NCBI GenBank assembly: GCA_903877885.1
Contig: CAIRFN010000013.1
Coordinates: forward strand, 2,754 to 66,753
Direction: 5' to 3'
DNA from: an uncultured Candidatus Berkelbacteria bacterium
GTDB taxonomy: Bacteria > Patescibacteriota > UBA1384 > UBA12157
DNA: 64,000 bases
The position numbers and the translations under genes are program-made. Positions 47,955-56,693 of this stretch are shown here, piece after piece. Below the pieces are notes generated by a model, which did no database searches, was not told the origin of the DNA, and worked only from the letters and a program-made list of their open reading frames with translations. The first letter of the stretch is position 1; each line of letters opens with the position of its first letter.

Positions 47955-48779
47955 CTACAGCTGATTTTTCTCTGCCGCTTCGACCACGTTTTTCAAAAGT
48001 TTCATCACTGTAATCGGACCAACACCGCCGGGAACCGGCGAGTAACTGGCAACTTTAGTATAAACTTCGGGATCAATATCGCCAACGGTTTGACCGCTAC
48101 TTTCGGCTGTGCCGGCGTCGATAATAATCGCACCTGATTTTACCATATCCGCTTTAATTAGGCCGGGTTTTCCGACGCCGGAAATAATAATATCAGCGGT
48201 TTTTGTAATCGAGTTTAAATCAGCCGTTTTAGAATCACAAACGATTAAATCAATATTTTTTTCTGATAGGATTTTTTCCAACGGCTGGCCGACCAACTTT
48301 CCATGACCAACTAAAACTACTTTTTTCTGCGCTAAGTCAATTTTATGAAAATCTAAAAGTTCCAAAATCGCCCCGGCGGTAGTTGGCGCGTACCTGCCTG
48401 CCGGCAAGGCAGGTCCACAATTTAGACCGTCAACATCCTTTTTTGGATCAATGTTGGCCAAAATTTTAGCTGTATCAAAGTTTTCTGGTAGCGGTAATTG
48501 AACAATAATGCCTGAAACATTTTTATTCAAATTCAAGTCATTAATTATAGTAATAATATTTTCTTCAGCAATGTCATCAGGAAATTTGTAAAGTCGATAA
48601 CCGATACCCAAACTTTCTGCTTTTTTTTGTTTCATTTGGGTATATAAAACACTAGCCGGATCATCGCCAACTAAAATCACCGCTAAAAATGGCAAAATAT
48701 TTTTCGCTTTTAAAACTTTTATTTTTTGTTTTAATTCTTCTTCGATAGCTTGAGCTACTGGTTTACCATATAGAATCAT
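47955..48779 (-). CDS. folD: bifunctional methylenetetrahydrofolate dehydrogenase/cyclohydrolase
   Basis: YTQMKQK, NADP-binding GxGxxVG, DVDG motifs. Confidence 0.88.
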   Translation of the reverse strand: MILYGKPVAQAIEEELKQKIKVLKAKNILPFLAVILVGDDPASVLYTQMKQKKAESLGIGYRLYKFPDDIAEENIITIINDLNLNKNVSGIIVQLPLPENFDTAKILANIDPKKDVDGLNCGPALPAGRYAPTTAGAILELLDFHKIDLAQKKVVLVGHGKLVGQPLEKILSEKNIDLIVCDSKTADLNSITKTADIIISGVGKPGLIKADMVKSGAIIIDAGTAESSGQTVGDIDPEVYTKVASYSPVPGGVGPITVMKLLKNVVEAAEKNQL

Positions 48780-48809
48780 GAGTCATAGTTCCTTATTTAA
48801 AATTAATAT

Positions 48810-48906
48810 TGTCATTCCAGACTGGCTGGCAGCAAGATCTGGAATCTGTCTAATCTAAATAATCTGGATTCCCGATGTCGGATTGCCATCTGGCTCGAGA
48901 ATGACA
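48810..48906. repeat. complete MITE-like element with TIRs tgtcattccagac / gctcgagaatgaca
   Basis: 97-bp intergenic element; internal ggaatctgtctaatctaaataatctggattcc palindrome; TIR shared with copies at 2846, 40694, 51189, 58231. Confidence 0.55.
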
Positions 48907-48931
48907 AATAAATATGATAGACCTTGCCAGA

Positions 48932-49876
48932 TCAATTTGCGAAATCTTCTGTTACCATTAAACCATATTGACCGGCATTTTCTACACCGAGACCAATTCT
49001 GGTAAAATTCGGATTTAAAATATTCGCTTTATGTTTTGGACTATTCATCAGTCCAGTATGAATTGCGTCAGCAGTCGGCGCCAGAGCAATATTTTCCGCC
49101 GCTTCCTGAAAACTTACATTAGCACGAACGAGCCGATCAAACAAGGTTTGACCGTCATTACCGGTATGTGAAAAATAACCGTTAACCAGCATGTCGCGTG
49201 AGTGAGAGCGAGCCACGTTACGGATTAAATTATCAGCGACTAACTCTGGCGCGCCAACTTTTTTTCTTTCCAGATTAATTTTATTTAAAATTGTATTTTC
49301 AGCTTGCTCGTCAACCGTCATATTGGTGGTTTTAAACTTTAACAAAATTGTTTCTTCGGTTTCATTTTGAATCACGATTTTCCCAAGATCATTCCCAAAA
49401 ATCTTTTGTAAATCATTTTCCACATTCATCGAATATTTACTGGTTATACCAACCACAAATGATTGATTTAAAACTTTTTGTTGTGAGGCTGACAAAGGCA
49501 AAGCTAAAATTAAAATAATCGTAATTACAATAAAAGCTAGAGCTTTCAAAGTTGCCGGAATATAAGCCAAAATTAAATTAGCTTTTGACTCTTTGATGTG
49601 AATCGAGGTGTAGTAAGAAATAATTTTGCTGATACCAAAAAAGATAAGTTGCAAGATTAGCCAAACCAACAAAAAACTCATTGTATTGGCAGTCGAATCA
49701 TTTAAAGCAAATTTCTGGGCCAACAATCCACCTAAAGGTAGATAGAAAATCAGCGCGCCGGCAAAAGCCACCACCAGGCCGATTAGGTCGGCGCAAAGTC
49801 GCAAAAAACCGCGACGAGAATCTTCAATCACAAAAAAGAGAAAAATAAGAATAAAAACGACATCAATCCAATTCAT
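48932..49876 (-). CDS. CvpA-family membrane protein fused to C-terminal CAP/SCP (PR-1-like) domain
   Basis: N-terminal CvpA-like TM helices; C-terminal YFSHTG...HTGLMNSPKHKANIL CAP signature. Confidence 0.65.
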   Translation of the reverse strand: MNWIDVVFILIFLFFVIEDSRRGFLRLCADLIGLVVAFAGALIFYLPLGGLLAQKFALNDSTANTMSFLLVWLILQLIFFGISKIISYYTSIHIKESKANLILAYIPATLKALAFIVITIILILALPLSASQQKVLNQSFVVGITSKYSMNVENDLQKIFGNDLGKIVIQNETEETILLKFKTTNMTVDEQAENTILNKINLERKKVGAPELVADNLIRNVARSHSRDMLVNGYFSHTGNDGQTLFDRLVRANVSFQEAAENIALAPTADAIHTGLMNSPKHKANILNPNFTRIGLGVENAGQYGLMVTEDFAN

Positions 49877-49888
49877 GTCTTTATTATA

Positions 49889-50272
49889 TCACTTTTTGTT
49901 TTGGAAATCTGCGATTGCTTTTTGGAGTGCTTCCTCGGCCAAAACTGAACAATGACGTTTGACTGGCGGTAAACCGTTTAAAGCTTCAACCACTGCATTA
50001 TTGGTCACTTTTAGAGCTTCTTCAATAGTTTTACCAATCACTAAATCGGTTAAAATCGAGGAAGTGGCGATGGCGGCCGTGCAACCAAAAGTCTGAAATT
50101 TGGCATCAGTAATAATATTATTTTCAACTTTGATTTGCAGTTCCATTAAATCGCCACAAACCGGATTGCCGACCCGACCGACGCCGGACGGATTATCTAA
50201 CTCTCCCATATTGTGCGGGTTTTTAAAATGTTCCATCACTTTATCCGAATAAAGATTTGAGATATTGCTCAT
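49889..50272 (-). CDS. iscU: Fe-S cluster assembly scaffold (IscU/NifU-like)
   Basis: GNPVCGD, FGC, conserved Cys triad. Confidence 0.88.
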   Translation of the reverse strand: MSNISNLYSDKVMEHFKNPHNMGELDNPSGVGRVGNPVCGDLMELQIKVENNIITDAKFQTFGCTAAIATSSILTDLVIGKTIEEALKVTNNAVVEALNGLPPVKRHCSVLAEEALQKAIADFQNKK

Positions 50273-51495
50273 TTGTATTCCTTTGGACTTAAGGGACTTA
50301 TTTTTCTTAATTTGGCGATAATTTCTTTTAAATTTTCGATTGTATAATCGATTTCTTCTTTGGTTGAATTTTGACCCAAGGTAAAACGAATTGAACCGTG
50401 AGCCCGTTCGGCATCACTGTAAACCGCCATTATGACGTGCGATGGTTGAAGCGACAACGATGTGCAAGCCGATCCCGAGGAGGCAGCAATCCCGACTAAA
50501 TCTAAATTCATTAAAATTGATTCGCCTTCGACATATTTAAAATAAACATTGACATTATTTGGGCTACGAAATTCCTTACCACCATTTAATTCTGTTTCTG
50601 GAATTTCTTTTAGAATTCGGCCGATGAAATAGTCTCTGATATTCTTTATCTCATTTCTTATTTCTAATTTCTCGTTTCTTAATTCTTCGACGGCTTTTCC
50701 AATTGCCACAATTGACGCCACATTTTCTGTGCCAGCGCGACGGCCGAACTCTTGCTCGCCACCATGCATCATTGGCATAATATTCACGCCTTTTTTGACA
50801 AACAAAACGCCAACGCCTTTGGGCGCGCCGATTTTATGACCGGAAATAGTCAATAAATCAACATGTAAATAATCGACATCCATATTTTGATATTCAGCCG
50901 CCTGAACCGCGTCGGTGTGAAATAATATTTTGAGTTCGCGAGCGTCATTTTCTTTTTCGATCATTTTTCCAATGGCACGGATCGGATTAACTGAACCAAT
51001 TTCATTATTAACATACATAATAGAAACTAAAACAGTATTTTCTTTAATCGCCGCTTTAACCGCATCAACTTCGATTATGCCGTCTGTATTTGGTTTTAAG
51101 TAAGTTACTTCCACACCGCTTTTTTCCAATGTTTTACAGGAATTCAAAATCGCATGATGTTCTATTTGGGAAGTAATGACATGGAATTTGTCATCCTGAG
51201 GCTTAGCCGAAGGATCTAGATTCTTCACTTCGTTCAGAATGACGCTATTAACCATTCCTTTAATCGCCAAATTATCAGATTCGGTGCCGCCAGAAGTAAA
51301 AATAATTTCCGCCGGATCGGCATTTAAAAACTTAGCGATCTTAATTCTTGATTCATCAACCGCAATCCGAGCGGCACGGCCCCATTCGTGCATACTCGAA
51401 GGATTACCGTAATCCGTTGTCAGATATGGCATCATTTCAGTTAAAACTTCGGCTTTTATTGGCCCAGTCGCCGCATAATCAAGATAAACCTTCAT
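50269..51495 (-). CDS. iscS: cysteine desulfurase (IscS/NifS), carrying an in-frame repeat insertion
   Basis: PLP-lysine region ISGHKIGAPKG, SSGSACTS active Cys; extra ~14 aa (SVILNEVKNLDPSAKPQDD) after DNLAIKG. Confidence 0.9.
   Translation of the reverse strand: MKVYLDYAATGPIKAEVLTEMMPYLTTDYGNPSSMHEWGRAARIAVDESRIKIAKFLNADPAEIIFTSGGTESDNLAIKGMVNSVILNEVKNLDPSAKPQDDKFHVITSQIEHHAILNSCKTLEKSGVEVTYLKPNTDGIIEVDAVKAAIKENTVLVSIMYVNNEIGSVNPIRAIGKMIEKENDARELKILFHTDAVQAAEYQNMDVDYLHVDLLTISGHKIGAPKGVGVLFVKKGVNIMPMMHGGEQEFGRRAGTENVASIVAIGKAVEELRNEKLEIRNEIKNIRDYFIGRILKEIPETELNGGKEFRSPNNVNVYFKYVEGESILMNLDLVGIAASSGSACTSLSLQPSHVIMAVYSDAERAHGSIRFTLGQNSTKEEIDYTIENLKEIIAKLRKISPLSPKEYK
51189..51243. repeat. MITE-family element embedded in frame in iscS (TIRs tgtcatcctgag / ttcagaatgaca)
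   Basis: Short (~55 nt, count approximate) element with inverted ends; shares tcttcacttcgttcagRatgac with the uvrB copy. Confidence 0.6.
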
Positions 51496-51704
51496 TATTT
51501 ATCCTCGTTCTTAACTAGTTTTCGTAAGTCTTCGATACAACGTTTGCATTCGCCTTTTAAAGTTAGATATTTTTTGTACGACACAACCACCGCAATCGGT
51601 TCAGAATAGCGCATCACTTCATATGCAGTGTCATCTTGAACATCTTTCAAAATACTGGAAATTTGCGCCTGAAGTTCGTTAACATTAATTGTTTTTGTTT
51701 TCAT
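51495..51704 (-). CDS. small Phd/YefM-antitoxin-like protein, translationally coupled to iscS
   Basis: 69 aa; the N-terminal ~50 aa fits the Phd/YefM pattern (MKT..., ...EPIAVVVSYKKY); stop overlaps iscS ATG by 1 nt; no toxin gene adjacent. Confidence 0.4.
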   Translation of the reverse strand: MKTKTINVNELQAQISSILKDVQDDTAYEVMRYSEPIAVVVSYKKYLTLKGECKRCIEDLRKLVKNEDK

Positions 51705-51786
51705 TTTTACCTCATATATATAATTCTATATACAAATAAAATATATATGAATATATATAACTTGTCAACCCCTATTGATATATTAT

Positions 51787-51975
51787 TTAATTAGAGCTCA
51801 TCGCTTGTTTAATTGATTGAATCGAATCGAAAGTAAATGTCCTGGCTTGCCAATAGCCATAAAATAGTCCGGCTAAAATTAAGAAAAATATAATTAGAAA
51901 AATTACACAACACGTTTTTCGGCGCTTTTTGGCTTTCGGCGATTGTTGATAAATAATTTTTACTTCCTCTTCCAT
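51787..51975 (-). CDS. small hypothetical membrane protein
   Basis: 62 aa with one TM helix. Confidence 0.3.
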   Translation of the reverse strand: MEEEVKIIYQQSPKAKKRRKTCCVIFLIIFFLILAGLFYGYWQARTFTFDSIQSIKQAMSSN

Positions 51976-52007
51976 TAATTTATTATACCAAATAAATATT
52001 AACCCTC

Positions 52008-52040
52008 AAAGTACACCCCGGGGGTGTACTTTGGTTTAAA
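52008..52040. repeat. REP hairpin aaagtacaccccgggggtgtacttt-ggtttaa
   Basis: Same family as the right REP of RAYT3 (42150-42182). Confidence 0.6.
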
Positions 52041-52066
52041 AAGATATTTTGTGCTAGAATAATTGT

Positions 52067-52978
52067 ATGAGAATTTCCTATTCGGCGTTTGATACCTACA
52101 CCAAATGCCCGCTCAAATACAAATTTCAGTACATCGACTATATTAAAGTACCGGAAAAACCGGAATTCTTTTTTGGTTCTTTGATTCATTTGGTTGTTCA
52201 AATGGCCTTGCGACGCGATCCAATTATTCCGCCGATTAGTGATTTAATTAAGTTTTATGAAAGTAAATGGCGCGAAGATATTTTCCCCGACAAACTCACT
52301 GCCGATCAATACTTAGATTCGGGCCGTCAGATGATTACCAAATTTCATGAGGATTATAAACCCGGGCTTCGTAAAGTCATAGCTAGCGAAAAACGCTTTC
52401 AAATTCCGCTCGAAAATCATATTTTAAGCGGCGTGATCGATCGAGTTGATAAATTACCTTTTGGCGCCTATGAAATTGTTGATTATAAAACCAGCAAAAG
52501 TTTACCGTCGCAAGAAGATGTTGATAATGATAAGCAATTGGCCACATACGCCATTGCCGTGCAAACTCTTTGGCCGGAAGCGCGTGACGTACGACTGACT
52601 TTACACTACCTAAAACATGGCCAACTGTTAACAACTTCTCGCACGTCAGAACAAATCGAACAAATGAAATTTGCACTGGTTGAAACCGCCAACAAAATTC
52701 AAACTGCCAAGAATTTTAGGCCTCGTGAAAATCAATTTTGCGACTGGTGCGATTATAAACATCTGTGCCCCAAAAAAATGAATAATGTATCTGAAAGTAT
52801 GAATATTGAAACTAAGGAAATTGATATTTTAGTAAAAGATTATATTTCATGCTATAAAAAAATTGCAGATATCACGCCGCAACTTCAAACACATTTTGAT
52901 CAAGAAAAAATTGATAAATTCGAAACCAAACTCGGCACAATTACTCGCGACCACCAGCGAAATTTTTGGGTTGAGTGA
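52067..52978 (+). CDS. PD-(D/E)xK nuclease, Cas4/RecB-like with 4-Cys cluster
   Basis: N-terminal Cys (TKCP), D...EIVDYK motif, C-terminal CDWCDYKHLC cluster. Confidence 0.6.
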   Translation: MRISYSAFDTYTKCPLKYKFQYIDYIKVPEKPEFFFGSLIHLVVQMALRRDPIIPPISDLIKFYESKWREDIFPDKLTADQYLDSGRQMITKFHEDYKPGLRKVIASEKRFQIPLENHILSGVIDRVDKLPFGAYEIVDYKTSKSLPSQEDVDNDKQLATYAIAVQTLWPEARDVRLTLHYLKHGQLLTTSRTSEQIEQMKFALVETANKIQTAKNFRPRENQFCDWCDYKHLCPKKMNNVSESMNIETKEIDILVKDYISCYKKIADITPQLQTHFDQEKIDKFETKLGTITRDHQRNFWVE

Positions 52979-54140
52979 TTAAAACAAAAAATAAAACTAG
53001 AAGTAACGCGTTGCGGAAAGTTAAGGCATAAATTCCACCAGCGGAAAAAGATAATAAACCGCCGGAAATATAATAATAAGGATACATCAGACTGGTTAGA
53101 AAAGTTGCGAGAATAAAAATTATTGTTGAGATAATAATTACATTTTTATTTTTAATTTCAATAAAAATTAATGGAAAAAGCATAATCAGCCAGGCCAAAT
53201 ATTGCGGTGAAAAAACTCGGTTGGTTAAAATAAAAAGTAAAATGGCTAAAAATGAAATCGTCAAAAGTTGGCGATTTTTAAAGTATAAATAAACTAAAAA
53301 TAAATAGCCGATGATCAAGAAAATAAAAGAAAGTGGCACAAAATAATGCGGAAATGGCACCACGCCGATGGCGCCAGCTTCGGAAATTAATTCAATTGGC
53401 TTAGCAAAAAATTGATGATTTAATAACAATAGATTTGACCACAAACTTTCGATTTGGACGCCACGATTGGTTTGATATTTAATAAAAACATCCAGACTTT
53501 TTAAACAATTAAGCCACGGCAAAATTGCCAGAAAAATGCTTAAGAAAAATATTATAATATTGCGAATTAAAATTTTAATATTTTTAATATCATCAATTAG
53601 AAAAAACGGTACTAATAAAATTGGATAAAGCTTAGTTGCTATTGCTAGCCCCAAAACAAACCAAGCCCAGCCCGACTTATTATTTTTCTTTAGCCATAGA
53701 GCAATCAAAACTAAAATTCCCGGAATTAAATCAAACCGAAATAAAGCGATCGGACCTAAAATTGGTAAAAGAAAAATATAGAGCAAAATAACAAAATATT
53801 TTTTTGTTATTGATAATTTTTCGGTTAAATCAATCGTAATCCAAAGGCCAAATAATCCTAAAAGACAGAGTATAATCCAAAATAGAATTTGGTAAATTGC
53901 AAAATTAAAAGTGAAGAATCTGGGAATGATCATAAACAGAATGGCAAGCGGCGGATATTCAAACAAAAAATCGCGGTACGGTAAAAGATGACCAAAAACA
54001 AGATTAGAATAATAAAAAAATAAACTGGTGCCTGGATCATTGGAAGTTAAAAACCACTGACTTAAAAATATTAGTACACAAATAAAAACGAGAATATAGA
54101 TTGTTGAAAAAACAATTTTAGTTTTAACTTTAGTTTTCAT
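52941..54140 (-). CDS. polytopic membrane protein (possible GT-C-like glycosyltransferase / DUF2029-like)
   Basis: ~10 predicted TM helices, aromatic-rich loops. Confidence 0.45.
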   Translation of the reverse strand: MKTKVKTKIVFSTIYILVFICVLIFLSQWFLTSNDPGTSLFFYYSNLVFGHLLPYRDFLFEYPPLAILFMIIPRFFTFNFAIYQILFWIILCLLGLFGLWITIDLTEKLSITKKYFVILLYIFLLPILGPIALFRFDLIPGILVLIALWLKKNNKSGWAWFVLGLAIATKLYPILLVPFFLIDDIKNIKILIRNIIIFFLSIFLAILPWLNCLKSLDVFIKYQTNRGVQIESLWSNLLLLNHQFFAKPIELISEAGAIGVVPFPHYFVPLSFIFLIIGYLFLVYLYFKNRQLLTISFLAILLFILTNRVFSPQYLAWLIMLFPLIFIEIKNKNVIIISTIIFILATFLTSLMYPYYYISGGLLSFSAGGIYALTFRNALLLVLFFVLITQPKNFAGGRE

Positions 54141-54903
54141 TCGAACTCAATTTAAATAATTTAATCGCATTTTTAGTTGTTTGCGCTTCGACTTCCGAAA
54201 GCGGAATTTTTTTAATTTGGGCGATTTTTTTGGCTATTTCCACCACATAGGCCGGTTCGTTTTGCACACCGCGATAGTTTTCCGGCGCCAAATACGGACT
54301 ATCAGTTTCAATCATAATTCGCTCAAGCGGCGTATTTTCCACCACTTTGGCCAATTCCGGACTTTTACTAAAAGTAATAATCCCGGTAAAAGATAAATAT
54401 AAACCCATATCTAAAAACATTTGCGCATGCAACCAGTCGCCAACATAGCAATGAACCACGCCAGTCGGCAATTGGCCAAAACTCATTAATTCGGTCATTA
54501 AATCATCGTAGGCCTCGCGACAATGTAAAATAATCGGTTTGGAAACAATTTGCGCAATTTTTAAGTGTTTAACTAATATTTCTTTTTGCAAATCAGCGGT
54601 ATTTTTATCATGAAAAAGATCTATTCCGCATTCGCCAATCGCCACCACTTTGGCATTTTTAGCTAATTCTAAAAATTTAGTTTCATCAAATTTTTCTTTT
54701 TCAATATGAATCGGATGAAAACCAACCGCGGCAAAACAATTCGGATATTTATTCGCAATTTCAATCGCCTTTTTGGAGTTTTCCAAATTCGAGCCAGGAA
54801 TAATGATTTTTTCTACACCAGCAGTTTCAGCTCGGCTAATGGCGCCGGCAATATCATCGTTAAAAGCATTAAAATTTAGATGCGAATGTGTATCAATAAA
54901 AAT
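54130..54903 (-). CDS. tatD: TatD-family metal-dependent hydrolase
   Basis: FIDTHSHL N-terminal motif lies upstream of the tracked ORF in the same frame; HCRE and ETDSPY motifs; no in-frame ATG/GTG/TTG for the full domain (possible ATT start after AGGAGA RBS). Confidence 0.7.
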   Translation of the reverse strand: MFIDTHSHLNFNAFNDDIAGAISRAETAGVEKIIIPGSNLENSKKAIEIANKYPNCFAAVGFHPIHIEKEKFDETKFLELAKNAKVVAIGECGIDLFHDKNTADLQKEILVKHLKIAQIVSKPIILHCREAYDDLMTELMSFGQLPTGVVHCYVGDWLHAQMFLDMGLYLSFTGIITFSKSPELAKVVENTPLERIMIETDSPYLAPENYRGVQNEPAYVVEIAKKIAQIKKIPLSEVEAQTTKNAIKLFKLSSNEN

Positions 54904-54912
54904 AGTAGTCTC

Positions 54913-55749
54913 CTATCTGATGAATGTGGCGTAAACAACGCAAAGAAAAATAATAATAGTAGCGGCAGTCAAGCGAAATTTAATTCGTTCGTGCAACCAA
55001 ATTGTGGAAATAATATAAACTAAAATTGGCGCCAACATTAAAACTAAAGAAGTATAAACAATACCTAAAGTTTCAAAACCATAATATTTACTAACCATTT
55101 GAACTGTGCCAAAAACGCAAGTTAATAAAACCAGCCAAGCATTAGTAGTGGAAACTTTGGTTAATTGTGGGCGGTAATAAAAATAGAAAAATACAAACAT
55201 AATAATCGTTCGGAAAAAATAAAATGCTACTGGTGAGAAAACAGTTAATAATGGTTTGGTTAAAATCAATTCCACGCTCATTAAAACGACGGCAATCAAA
55301 AGATAAATTGAACCTTGTCCAAATTCAAAATGTTTTTTCTCGGCTCGCGAGTAAATAAGCGCCACGGCGGCAACTACAGCAGCGATTAAAACGTGGATAT
55401 TTCGTTCACTACCAAAAACCAAGGCAGCCAAAGCCACAGTCAAAAGCGGTTGAAACATAATAATTGATTCATATTCATGAACTTTTTCCGCTTGAACACC
55501 TTTGTAATAAAAAATATTCCAGACAATCGCTGTCACAATCATGGCAACGAATAATAAAATTTCGTTTAAATTAAATAAATCTAATTTAACCGTACCTAAA
55601 AATGGAAATAAAATCGCGCTCAATAAAAACAAAAACATAAAAACCAATGGAATGAAAACATGAATTTCCATTTGGCGGCGTGTTAAAACAATTTTGTCGA
55701 TGATGATGCCACCAGTTTGACTAATCGCGGCTAAGAATGCTTGAATCAA
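54913..55749 (-). CDS. polytopic membrane protein (possible DMT/EamA-like)
   Basis: 8-10 TM helices, internal two-fold appearance. Confidence 0.4.
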   Translation of the reverse strand: MIQAFLAAISQTGGIIIDKIVLTRRQMEIHVFIPLVFMFLFLLSAILFPFLGTVKLDLFNLNEILLFVAMIVTAIVWNIFYYKGVQAEKVHEYESIIMFQPLLTVALAALVFGSERNIHVLIAAVVAAVALIYSRAEKKHFEFGQGSIYLLIAVVLMSVELILTKPLLTVFSPVAFYFFRTIIMFVFFYFYYRPQLTKVSTTNAWLVLLTCVFGTVQMVSKYYGFETLGIVYTSLVLMLAPILVYIISTIWLHERIKFRLTAATIIIFLCVVYATFIR

Positions 55750-55751
55750 AT

Positions 55752-56675
55752 TTATCCTCCAGAAGCTAGGGTTTTAATTTCTTCATCAGTTAAAACTCGA
55801 TTATAGACTCGAACGTCGTCAACTGTGCCAGTAAAACTTCCACTATCTTTAACAATCGAAAAAACACCAGCTAAATTAGCTGTAAAATTAGCGCTTGTTT
55901 TACTAATAAAATTTCCATCAAGATACAAACTAATGTTATTACCATTTTTAATCCCGACTACGCAGTGCCAGTTTCCGTCAGTATATGAAGTTGAAGTTTC
56001 CACGGTTGCACTAGCCGTGCCGAATTTATCGCGGACAAAATAAGAAACTTTACCATTATCTAACGAAATTTGATCAGCTGTACTATCGGAATTTAATCCA
56101 TTTAAACCAAATAAAATCAGAGAACTGTTACTTTGACTAGTTTTAAACCGACCGGAAATAGTTAGCGGTTCGGCCGCTACATTTTCAGAACCAATAATAT
56201 TAATTAGTTTGTTATTATCTATTTTCCACCAAGAAATCAGGCCAGCATATAAAGTCGTGGTAAAACTAGTACCGTCCGACTTTACTACAAAAGATTGAGT
56301 ATTATTTGTTGACGGCAACGTCGTATACGCCTGATAAGTGCCATCAGAATTAGTCATAATAGTCAAATCACTACCTTGAGCTTTGATGTCCGCGGCTACA
56401 AGGTTCAATTTAACCAAAACATCGGTTGAGTTTGAAAAATTATCGCAGTGGATTGATATGATTGGCGAACAATTTAAATTACTAGCAGGATTAGCATCTA
56501 AATAAGTTTTGACTAAATTTTTTATCTGACTTAGATCATTTTTAATTCGGGCGTCTTTGGCTTTAGTTTTACTAGAATTTATAAACACTAAAACCATCAC
56601 CGCCAAAATGCCGATGATAGCTATAGCAACCAAGAGTTCAATCAGTGTGAAACCGTGATTAGATTTTTTAAACAT
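55752..56675 (-). CDS. type IV pilin-like protein with C-terminal concanavalin-A-like (LamG) domain
   Basis: GFTLIELLVAIAIIGILA prepilin N-terminus; C-terminal ...GNWHCVVG...LYLDG...DDVRVYNRVLTDEEI LamG-like. Confidence 0.6.
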   Translation of the reverse strand: MFKKSNHGFTLIELLVAIAIIGILAVMVLVFINSSKTKAKDARIKNDLSQIKNLVKTYLDANPASNLNCSPIISIHCDNFSNSTDVLVKLNLVAADIKAQGSDLTIMTNSDGTYQAYTTLPSTNNTQSFVVKSDGTSFTTTLYAGLISWWKIDNNKLINIIGSENVAAEPLTISGRFKTSQSNSSLILFGLNGLNSDSTADQISLDNGKVSYFVRDKFGTASATVETSTSYTDGNWHCVVGIKNGNNISLYLDGNFISKTSANFTANLAGVFSIVKDSGSFTGTVDDVRVYNRVLTDEEIKTLASGG

Positions 56676-56693
56676 TTTCCCCTCACTTAATTA

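Noticed and set aside
48392-48414. GC-rich near-palindrome acctgcctgccggcaaggcaggt inside folD
   Set aside because: The FolD segment length at this point matches orthologs (no extra residues), so I could not support an insertion. It may be a remnant or chance.
51983-52201. 72-aa minus-strand ORF ending ...STPPGCTLRVNIYLV
   Set aside because: Its coding potential comes from the REP hairpin (GTACACCCCGGGGGTGTAC). The same PPGCTL peptide appears in the spurious N-terminal extension of the RAYT3 ORF.
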